Part shown: one piece after another, positions 18,994 through 28,100 of the stretch
Layout of the letters: the number at the start of each line of letters is the position of its first letter
How positions within the stretch are numbered: the stretch's first letter is position 1
Assembly (NCBI GenBank): GCA_030606485.1
Contig: JAUWGH010000001.1
Coordinates: forward strand, 360,001-392,000
DNA: 32,000 nucleotides
Direction of reading: 5' to 3'
Origin: Promethearchaeota archaeon
GTDB lineage: Archaea; Asgardarchaeota; Lokiarchaeia; Sigyniarchaeales; SOKP01
Position numbers and translations under genes: made by a program
Notes under the pieces: generated by a model
Seen by the model: only the letters and a program-made list of their open reading frames with translations
The model's database searches: none
What the model was told of the DNA's origin: nothing

Positions 18994-20366
18994 TTGAACT
19001 TACTGAAAAATTAGTAAATATTTCTAATTTTTTAGTATCACTACGAGTCCACCATCACTTTTACTACGGATAGGGCTGTGTATCGTAGCAAATCCTTTTT
19101 TTGTAGAAAGGATTCCTCGTTCAAGGAGGGTTGATGCGATAGGAATACGTAACAATGCTTATTTTTCAAAAATTTAATCATAATGTTGATCGCAGAATTA
19201 AGATCACGATCAAGATAATTTCCACAATCGCATTGAATAATTCTTTCGGAAAGACTTCTTTTTTTAAGCTTTCCACAAATTGAACATCGTTGAGTAGTAT
19301 ACGATTCGTCAATTCTTATAACTCTTTTCCCTACAAGTCTCGCCTTGTAAGTTAAGAATTCGACAAAACGACCCAACGATCCCGTATTGTTAACAGAATA
19401 GTTTAAAGTTTTGTTAGCTTTATTTTTTTGAGCATTTCCCGTAGATTTTTTCTTTTTAGCCATCTCTTTCACATTTAGGTCTCCGACAATTATTGTATTT
19501 GCTTTGGTATGTGTCACAATCTGTTTTGAAATTTTATGTTGAAAATCACGCATTTGATAAGCACACTTTTGATGCATCTTCCTGAATTTGTGATGATATT
19601 TTCTCCACTTTTTACTATATTTTTTACAGTGGTCTCGCCTTGATTGAATGTTTTCTATTTTCTTTTTCCAATAGAGATCTGCTCTTTTATTTTTAATTTG
19701 AATAAATTTAGAGTGCAAATTCACCGCAGATACAATATTTGAAACTCCTAAATCAATTGCTTGATATAGCCCATTATCTTTGTATCTTGGTGCTTGAACT
19801 TCATATGTAATAGAAATAAACCATCGATTTTGGAAATCCTTAAAAATTTCCACCTGTTTAACCATTCCAACAGCACAATAAGGATATTTAAGAGAAAATA
19901 TTAATGGAATTTTTGAAGGGTGTTTATGCGAAAATTGTATCACTTTCTTTTCTAATTTGAAACCACTCTGATTATAACAGATTGTTGTAAATTTTTTTTT
20001 TGATTTAAATTTAGGTGGTCGAGCTTGTTTATCTCCATTTATCCATTTCGTAAAAAACGATTTATAATCGGAGTTGAGTCTTTTCAATATCATTTGTAAA
20101 ACTTTAGAATAAACCCATATATATTCAGGATATTTCTTTTTAAGTAAAGGTAATTTATTTTGTTGCTCTAAAGAAGATATATATTTTTTGTCGTCTTTTG
20201 GCTTATATTTGTTTTTATTCCAATTTTCTATTCTTTCAGCTAACGCAAAATTATATATTAATCGACATTTTTACGACAAATCCCACAGAATCAGTTCTTG
20301 ATTCTTTGAGGGAAATATTCGAATTTTTTGAGTTAGATTCACAATTATTATTCTATAAAGAATAAT
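18994..20366 (-). mobile_element. Non-autonomous IS200/IS605-family (IS1341-like, tnpB only) element
   Basis: tnpB ORF; right-end hairpin 19001-19037 followed by AGTTCAA (minus strand). The left end is approximate (hairpin ATTATTCT-TTAT-AGAATAAT at 20347-20366). No room for tnpA. Confidence 0.7.
19041..20342 (-). pseudogene. tnpB: TnpB RNA-guided endonuclease, interrupted by an in-frame TAA at codon 24
   Basis: GTG at 20342 is in frame with the ORF-track ATG at 20093. The reading is VNLTQKIRIFPSKNQELILWDLS*KCRLIYNFALAER. RuvC motifs AIDLG, IVGDL, IDESYTTQ and DRDLNSAINI; Zn finger CSIC...CDC. Confidence 0.85.
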
Positions 20367-20527
20367 GACAATTTAACTCGCTTAGGGTTCTAATTTAGAA
20401 AATTTTGCCTAAAAATAAGTATGTTTATATTTAAATACATTTTTAACTATATTCTAATATAATAAAAGTACTTAACACAATGATTTTTATAATTTAATTT
20501 TAAATAGAGATTACAATTAAACTTATA

Positions 20528-20532
20528 AGGTG
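20528..20532 (+). promoter_or_regulatory. Putative Shine-Dalgarno AGGTG for the E2 gene
   Basis: Lies 6 nt upstream of an in-frame ATT at 20539; archaeal SD consensus is GGTGA. Confidence 0.4.
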
Positions 20533-20538
20533 TAAAAA

Positions 20539-21048
20539 ATTAGAGAAGAAACTGATTATGTAGAAGCAATTGAGGCATTTAAAGAAATTAATTTTGTAAT
20601 TATCGAACCTTGGGGAAGATCAATAGATCATTTAAGGCTTACTATAATTGGAAAACCAGGAACTCCATATAATGGGGGTAGATTCTTGTTTGAGATAAAA
20701 ATGCCTGAGAACTATCCTTTTGCACCTCCATATGTTTATGCCCATACTTTAATGTGGCATCCTAATATCGACTCTTCAATTCCACCAGGAAAATTGAATA
20801 TCTGTCTTGATCTTATAAATCCCGATCTTGTAGGTAAGGTTGATGCCTCTACTGGAGCTTCAGGATGGACTCCTTCTAAAACTTTAACAAATATTGTTGA
20901 ATCATTGAAGGGAATAATGCATGTGGAACCACCATTTTTTAATCCTGGCGATCCTTTAAATCATGAAGCGGGAGAACAATATTTTAGACAAAAATCGAAA
21001 TTTGATAAAAAAGCAGAGAGCTGGACAAAGAAATACGCTATGGATTAG
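20539..21048 (+). CDS. Ubiquitin-conjugating enzyme E2 (about 169 aa; start codon non-canonical or damaged)
   Basis: PGTPYNGGRF, YPFAPP, WHPNI, catalytic ICLD, WTP and PLNHEA motifs. The frame is open for 49 codons upstream of the ORF-track TTG (20686) and encodes the conserved E2 N-terminal strands. Confidence 0.9.
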   Translation: MREETDYVEAIEAFKEINFVIIEPWGRSIDHLRLTIIGKPGTPYNGGRFLFEIKMPENYPFAPPYVYAHTLMWHPNIDSSIPPGKLNICLDLINPDLVGKVDASTGASGWTPSKTLTNIVESLKGIMHVEPPFFNPGDPLNHEAGEQYFRQKSKFDKKAESWTKKYAMD

Positions 21049-21081
21049 AAATTTTTTATAGAAATATCTTTAAAGACTTCA

Positions 21082-21100
21082 TTTTTCTTTTCTTTTCTTT
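21082..21100 (+). terminator. Oligo-T tract downstream of the E2 gene (possible archaeal terminator)
   Basis: TTTTTCTTTTCTTTTCTTT about 35 nt after the stop codon. Confidence 0.35.
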
Positions 21101-21159
21101 CAAAAATTAATCCTCCATAATAATAAATGAATAAAAAATAAAAAAAAATAAATAAATTA

Positions 21160-21783
21160 ATGTTACTAAGTGAATTATTGGATTTTCCAAAAGATTTGCG
21201 AGTAGTAGTTTTTGATTTTGATGGAACTCTAGTAAAATTACATGTTGATTGGGATGCTCTGCGTAAATTACTTAGTGATAAATATATGGATGATTTTGGA
21301 GAAGAACAAACATTTAGTAGAATTACTTTAGGTTTAGAAAAAGTTGTAGCGAGAGGAGATCCCGAATTAATTGAATCTTATATTCGAACTATTGAAAAAT
21401 TTGAAAGAGATAATATAAAAGAATATACCTTCTTTGATGAAATCGTTTTTTTTATCGAGAATTTAGAAAAGTTGGGATTGAATTCAAATATAAAATTCGC
21501 AATTTTTTCTTTAAACTTTCGTTCAACAATTTTTTCTATTTTGTCTAAACAGAATCTCTTAGGAAAATTCCAATATATTGTAGGAAGAGAAGATGTTGTT
21601 GAATGGAAACCTGATCCTGAAGGTCTTTTTAAAATTCTGAAACACTTTAATATTTCTAGCGAACAAGCTATTTATATAGGGGATTCTGAGTTTGATATGG
21701 AAGCAGGCAAAAATGCCAAAATAAAAACTTACTTGATTGATAAATTCATAGCGAATATTAAGAAAGCAAGGAGTAAAAAATAG
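21160..21783 (+). CDS. HAD-superfamily hydrolase (phosphoglycolate phosphatase-like)
   Basis: DFDGTL, KPDPEG and IGDSEFD motifs. Confidence 0.9.
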   Translation: MLLSELLDFPKDLRVVVFDFDGTLVKLHVDWDALRKLLSDKYMDDFGEEQTFSRITLGLEKVVARGDPELIESYIRTIEKFERDNIKEYTFFDEIVFFIENLEKLGLNSNIKFAIFSLNFRSTIFSILSKQNLLGKFQYIVGREDVVEWKPDPEGLFKILKHFNISSEQAIYIGDSEFDMEAGKNAKIKTYLIDKFIANIKKARSKK

Positions 21784-21799
21784 AGTATCATTAAAAGTT

Positions 21800-23392
21800 T
21801 TACAGATAGGAAACGATTACATTATATTTTTTTATTTCTAATTCACCAATATCTTTACCTAAAGGCGTAAGTGTTACAACGTCATTACTCGTTATTTTTA
21901 GGCTTTGTAATAGAGCTTCAGGATCTTTAAAAGTGGGAATTGAGGGATGCCAAAGAATCTCTTTATTCATTGAATTCGTGATCATCCACTTTTCGGAATC
22001 TAATTTATAACCAGAAACATCCAATGCACTAAAAATGTCTTTAACCTTTGAATTAAATGGAACTACAATACTAACATTTTCCTCTCCTTCAATATCCCCA
22101 CAATCAATGCAATCTTCTCGTTTAAACACAGGAACCTGTTCGAATATCCCATAAATTCCGCTATAATTTACATAAGGAGGATCCATGGGGGGACCAATAT
22201 CCCTTCCCTTTGCTCTAAATATTAATTTTAGTGCCTCTTGGGATTGAATACTTGCGATAATTGAACTAACAGTCTGAACCGCAGCGATTTTATTTCCTAA
22301 AATATTTTCCATATCTTCAAATACATAATTTGGACCGAAAGTATCTCGAATATTAATCTTCCACTTTTGTATTTCTTCTTCTGATAATGTTGATAATTGC
22401 TCATCAGAGAGGTTTTCTTTAAAAACTCGTTCTCGTAATAATTCTAATTCCTCTTTAGCTAATTCCATTAATTTATATATATCCTCATCATTATCCAAAT
22501 CTGGCATCCATCCATATTTCTTTTCAAAATTTAACTCTGCTTTTAAAACACAATGATTTCTATTTCTCGGAATACCCTTTAATGTGCATGCTGCAATTAG
22601 TTTATCATCAGGTGGTGGAATAGGAACTAGACACCGATAACAAGCTGTTTGATCAAGATAATCTTCAGAATATTTTTCATCAAACTCATTTTCAACTTGC
22701 TGGCGAACTTTTTCAACAACCGGCTCTATAAATTGAGATTTTAATAGAGATATTCGCTCCTCAAGCTTTTCTATACTTTCTTGAGCAGCAAAATATTCAC
22801 TGTATTCTTCTTCAGATAAATCCCATAATTTTTCTTGTGCTATTTTATCTATAACTTTTTCTCTCTCATGGAATTTTATATTTGAGCCTTTTGGGATAAT
22901 GTTTTGAACATGACCCTCAAATCCTACAGTACCACCCTCAACCATTGGCTTTTTTAATCTTAAAGCAATCTTGTTTAAATCCATTCTTGCTCTAACATTA
23001 TCTAATGCAGCAATAATAACATCCGATTCTTCATACACCTTCATTGGAAGATTTTGTAATTTTTCGAAATAATACTCAACTTCGAGAAACGGAGCCATCA
23101 GTTTTAAACGCTCTGCAGCAACCTCAACTTTTGTTCTACCCTCATCTCCTGCATGAAACAACATTTGTCTTGAGAGATTTGAGGTTTCAATTTTATCCAT
23201 ATCAACTAAAATTAATTTCCCTATACCCATTAAAGCCAAATCCTTAGCAATCTCGCACCCCAAGGCTCCGATTCCAATAATTAAAGCACTGCTCCGTTGA
23301 AATGTCTCTTGATCCCAGCCTTCAACGAGCTGCTGACGAGCATACATCTTTCTTTCTTCTAAGGAAAATTCCCTTTTTTCCCTCGGTTCCAT
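21800..23392 (-). CDS. Ubiquitin-like activating enzyme E1 (UBA2/UBA3-like: adenylation domain, SCCH, putative UFD)
   Basis: YARQ, GIGALGCE, DMDKIETSNLSRQ, zinc pairs CYRC and CIDC, catalytic ACT in CTLKGIPRNRNHC, re-entry GNKIAAVQTVSSIIA and a ~90-aa C-terminal domain. Confidence 0.9.
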   Translation of the reverse strand: MEPREKREFSLEERKMYARQQLVEGWDQETFQRSSALIIGIGALGCEIAKDLALMGIGKLILVDMDKIETSNLSRQMLFHAGDEGRTKVEVAAERLKLMAPFLEVEYYFEKLQNLPMKVYEESDVIIAALDNVRARMDLNKIALRLKKPMVEGGTVGFEGHVQNIIPKGSNIKFHEREKVIDKIAQEKLWDLSEEEYSEYFAAQESIEKLEERISLLKSQFIEPVVEKVRQQVENEFDEKYSEDYLDQTACYRCLVPIPPPDDKLIAACTLKGIPRNRNHCVLKAELNFEKKYGWMPDLDNDEDIYKLMELAKEELELLRERVFKENLSDEQLSTLSEEEIQKWKINIRDTFGPNYVFEDMENILGNKIAAVQTVSSIIASIQSQEALKLIFRAKGRDIGPPMDPPYVNYSGIYGIFEQVPVFKREDCIDCGDIEGEENVSIVVPFNSKVKDIFSALDVSGYKLDSEKWMITNSMNKEILWHPSIPTFKDPEALLQSLKITSNDVVTLTPLGKDIGELEIKKYNVIVSYL

Positions 23393-23500
23393 AATACCTA
23401 CAACTTATTAGATTAAAAATAAAATTACATAATTCATATAATTATTAACTTTTATTTTTATTCAATAAGTAAATCAATTTTTTATGGATAAATGTAATTC

Positions 23501-25081
23501 ATGTTTCGCTATTCAAAGGGGTGCAAACAATTTTTAAATAAAAAATGGATTTTCTTCTGGTTAATAGTAATCTGGCTTAATTCTCCCTATCTTTTTTTAA
23601 TGAATCATTTAAATCAAATAATTTTCCCATTTAATCCAAATTATAATTTAGATCTTCAAACGGAGCAAGTACCCATTAAGGCAGCTGCTGTCTCTCAATT
23701 TCAAGTGGGCGATTTATTTGGCTTAAATAAATCTTATTACGATGGAGATTTAAGCGGAAAAAATTCAACTATTGCAATATTCGATACGGGAATTTATCCA
23801 TATCATGATGTTTTCACAAATAATGGAAATAACTCTTGGAATGAAAAAATCGTTGCGTTTTATGATGCTTTTGAACAAAAAGAAAAAAGCCCGGAAGATA
23901 TTCAGTGGCACGGAACATATGTCTCATCAATTGCAGTAGGAAATTCATCAAAATATCTTGGGATAGCCCCTGGGGCAAAGTTAGCAGGTGTAAAAGTATT
24001 TAAATTGTCTGAAGAGGGTGATGAATTAATATCATCCATAAACGCGATTGAAAATGGGATTGATTGGATTCTTGAAAATAAGAATAAATATAATATTAAA
24101 ATAATAAGTTTCAGTTTTGGATTAGAGGCTTCATCAGATAGTAATTCAATCAAACTCTTAAATTCAATCACAGAATCTCTGATTGAAGCAGGAATTGTTG
24201 TGGTAGCAGCTGTAGGAAATGATGGAGAAGAGGGAACAGGTTTTCGCACAATTACTTCTCCAGCTGATGCAAAATCGGTTATTGGTGTAGGTGGTGTGAA
24301 AAGCAACGGTATGATGTATCCAAAAAGTAGTAAAGGCCCTTCTAGTGAAGAAATTATTAAACCAGATTTATGCGCACCCGCTGTTGGTATATATGGAGCT
24401 AAAAAGGATGATTTTGGAAGTAATCATACATATATATACGCTTCAGGAACATCTGCAGCAACTCCTATGGTTAGTGGATTAGTATCATTAATGCTTGAAA
24501 AAGATCCTTCTTTAACACCCCTTGAAGTAAAAAGCATTATTTCTTTAACTTCCATAAAAACTATTTATCCAAGAGCTATCAAAGATAATTATCAAGGATG
24601 GGGAATGATTCAAGGTTATGCTGCTCTAGATGCACTAGACCAATATATAAGTTTTGAAAATAATAATAGTGTTAGTTTTTCCTTAGGAGATAATTATAAT
24701 CAAAAAAAAGTGTGGTGCAGAAAAATCAACCTACAAGGTGGAATGCATTATTTTTTTGATTTAGCCCTATTAAATGATGCAGAAGCAGAGCTTTATATTT
24801 TTGATACAACACCTAATTATTATGGAGAACCTATAATAACTGCTTCAACCATTAACCAATTCGATTTCTATAGAAGATGCGGAATTTTTATACCAAACAA
24901 TCATGAGTATTTCTTAGTTGTAAAATTGATATTTGGCAGTGGTTCAGGAAATTTTTTATTATCAATAATTTTTGATTATAGATTATTAATTATAGTAGCA
25001 ATTTCGGCTCTAATGATAGTTGGAATAATTTATATAAACCGAGATCTTAAAAAATCCATTATTGAAATAAAAAACATTTAA
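23501..25081 (+). CDS. S8 subtilisin-like serine protease with N-terminal hydrophobic segment and C-terminal TM anchor
   Basis: Triad FDTG (D), HGT (H) and GTSAATP (S), oxyanion AVGND; beta-rich C-terminal domain followed by a TM helix. Confidence 0.9.
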   Translation: MFRYSKGCKQFLNKKWIFFWLIVIWLNSPYLFLMNHLNQIIFPFNPNYNLDLQTEQVPIKAAAVSQFQVGDLFGLNKSYYDGDLSGKNSTIAIFDTGIYPYHDVFTNNGNNSWNEKIVAFYDAFEQKEKSPEDIQWHGTYVSSIAVGNSSKYLGIAPGAKLAGVKVFKLSEEGDELISSINAIENGIDWILENKNKYNIKIISFSFGLEASSDSNSIKLLNSITESLIEAGIVVVAAVGNDGEEGTGFRTITSPADAKSVIGVGGVKSNGMMYPKSSKGPSSEEIIKPDLCAPAVGIYGAKKDDFGSNHTYIYASGTSAATPMVSGLVSLMLEKDPSLTPLEVKSIISLTSIKTIYPRAIKDNYQGWGMIQGYAALDALDQYISFENNNSVSFSLGDNYNQKKVWCRKINLQGGMHYFFDLALLNDAEAELYIFDTTPNYYGEPIITASTINQFDFYRRCGIFIPNNHEYFLVVKLIFGSGSGNFLLSIIFDYRLLIIVAISALMIVGIIYINRDLKKSIIEIKNI

Positions 25082-25106
25082 ACAGTTATAAATTAAAATT
25101 TAAGAA

Positions 25107-28100
25107 TTATTTTTTCTTTGATTTTTTGGCAGCATCTTTTATCCATTTATGTAGCTCTTTAAGTTCTTCCTTGGTTTTTTGTTTTTCTTTCTCTATTGCT
25201 TTTTGTTCCTTGTCCTCTTCAGCTTTTGCAATTTCTGCTACCAAATTTTGTTTAATTTTAATCATTTTTGTTAACTCTTTTGCAAAACTAGCAGCATCTG
25301 ATTTTATTTGTTCTTTAGTAACAACTTGAATACTTTCTTGTTCTAATCGTTGTTGTCTTAATGATTTGATAATGTCATCTGAAATTGCTGAAATTTCCTT
25401 AACTGATTGTATTTTCATTGTTTCTTCTTCTATTCGACGCTGTTCTTCCAATCCTTTTTGTTTTAATAGTGCCTCTTGAGCTCTTTTAATTTCTTCCTGT
25501 ACTATTATTGCATTTTCTTCTAATTTCTTAGTAGTCTCTATTTCCTTTTCAATATATTTTATCTGTTCAAACCAGCCAATACTTTTAAATTTTTCAACAG
25601 CCTGATCAAATTGTTCGTAAGCAAAATTAAACTGGTGCATTAAAACTGATTTTTTTGCATCATCAAGAAGATTAAAACCCTCTTGTTGAAGTTTTTCTCG
25701 TTGTTCTTGTTCAAATTTAAATGCTTCAAGCTTTATCCGTTGTTCTTCTTGAACTCTTTGAACTTCTAGCTTTTTTCTTAGAATTTCCTGCTTAAATTTC
25801 TCATATTCTTCAGCAGCACGAATTCGAGCCTCTTCTTCTTGTTTTTGTTGAGTGATAAATTTTTGTTTTTCTTCTCTTAAATTTCTGATTAAAGCGTCTA
25901 TATTCGCAATTTCTGGCTCCCAATTTATCTCTAAAAGAACATTTCTTGCTTCTAAATATAACTCAATTGATTTATCAAAATCAGGAGGGAATTCCTTTAA
26001 AAATTTATCAGCATTCTCCAATAAGGTAAATGCAACTTCTCTACGACTTTCTACTTTTTTAATTAATTCTTCTCTTTGCTTTAGAGCCAAATATTTTGCT
26101 CTTTTCATTTCCTCTTCTTGACGTTGACGTTCTTCAATAATTGTTCTAAGCTCGGCTTCTTCTCTTTCTCTCTGGAGTTGGGCTTCCTTTTCTTGTTGTA
26201 TAATTTGTTCTTGTTCTAACTTTCTCATTTGTACTTTTCTGATCATCTCATTGATTGACTCTAAGGGATATTGAATTTCACTTAGAATTAATGAAGCTTT
26301 TAGGTATGTTTCAATTGCTTCATCAAAGTTACCAGTCTTAATAAATTGTTCTGCTTCTTCTAGTACCTTGAATGCTTCGTTTCTTCGTTGTTCAAAACGA
26401 GTTTGTAATTTTTCACGTGATACAATAGCTTTTAACTTCTCCATCATTCTTTCTTGTTCCAATTGAACTTTTTGGGCAATCTCCCCTTCAAGGTACTTTT
26501 CTTCTTCTTCTCTTTGGAGCGCTGCTTCCATTTCTATATGTTTAAGCTGTTCTTGCTCTAATTTTTTATTCTGAACTTTTTTAATCATTTCATTAATTGA
26601 ATCGATAGGATATTGAATCTCGCTAAGAATTAACGTGGCATTTCTATAAGCACTAATCGCTAATTCATATTTTCCGGAGTTGGTTAATCGTTCTGCCTCT
26701 TCTAGCACTCTAAATGCTTCTTCTCTTCTTTGTTCGCGATAATCTTTAATTATTTCTTGTGCTTCAAGCGCAATCTTTTTTGACCTCATTTTTTCTTTCT
26801 CAAGCTTTATATGATAAACAATTTCCCTTTGAAATCCTTCTTCTTCTAATTGTTTCTGAATTTGAATCTCTCTTTCTCTTTGACGTAATTCTTCTTGTTC
26901 CCTTTGTTTTAATTTGATTTTTTGAATCATATCTTTTACAACGTTTGATGGGAATTGAATTTCACTTAAAATTATATCGACTTGACGGTATAGTCTTAAT
27001 GCTTCCTCAAAATTTTCTTCTTTCGTCTTTTCTTTAGCTTTATCTATAATGTCAAATCCTTCCTTACGCCTATTTTCACGATGAGCAAGTAATTCTTCCT
27101 GAGTCTGAATAGCAATTTTTTTTGCTAACATTTTCTGTCTTTCATTCTCAATACTTCGTGCGATTTTTACCTGAAAGTCTCTTTCCTCTGCATCACGTTT
27201 AACTGCTAACTCAATTTGCTGTTGTTTGATTTGTTCAATTTCGAGTTTGCGCTTATTTAAATTATCTAGTGTGTCTTGAATTACTTTTAGATATGGTCCT
27301 TTCCATCCTATTTCATTAAGAATTCTCATAGCAGATATGTGTATTTCAATAGCATCATCTAATTTATCTCTTTTTATATATGTATCTGCAACTTCAAGCA
27401 TTTTTAGCGTTTCATTTTGCCTTAAATAATTTGCTTCTGATAAAACCTTTTGTTGTTCTTGAATATATTGTGCCATTTTTATTTTTTCTGCGTTCATTAC
27501 CTTCATTTGCACAATATTGTATTGAAATTCTCTCGTTTCTTGTTCCCTCCTAAGCGCTTCTTCTCTAGCTTTTTGCTCCAAAAGTTCTCTTTCCTTCTTT
27601 CTCCTTTCAAGTTCCCGAATAGCATTTTGAATATTTCTTAATTCCTCAGTCCATTGAATTTCAGCCAAAATTATTGAAGCCTCGTGATATTTCTCTATAG
27701 CGGCATCAAAATTTCTCTTAATTGTAAACTGTTTTGCTATATCTAAAATATTGAATGCTTCATTCTTTCTTGTTTCTCGATATTCCATTTCTTTTTCATA
27801 TTCTCTAAGCATAATTTCTTTTTCTTTGAGTCTTTTCTCTTCTCTTTTCAATTCTTGAGTAATCTCTTCCTGAAAACGTCGGTATTCAAGCTCTCTCTGA
27901 GTAGCTGCTTCAATTTCTCTCTGTCTCATTTGCTCTTCTTCTATTTTTCTAATGTGAAGTTTTCTAATCATTTCATAAATTGCATCAACTGGATATTGAA
28001 TTTCAGTTAGATAAAGAGCTGCTTTGCGATAAGTTTCAATAGATAAATCTAAGTTTCCTCTTTTTATTAAGAGTTCCGCTTCATCTAATATTTTAAATAC

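Noticed and set aside
20271-20535. Selenocysteine or pyrrolysine readthrough of the in-frame stops in tnpB and before the E2
   Set aside because: Both stops are TAA, not TGA or TAG.
20343-20538. tnpA (Y1 or serine) transposase upstream of tnpB
   Set aside because: Under 200 bp is available and there is no suitable ORF.
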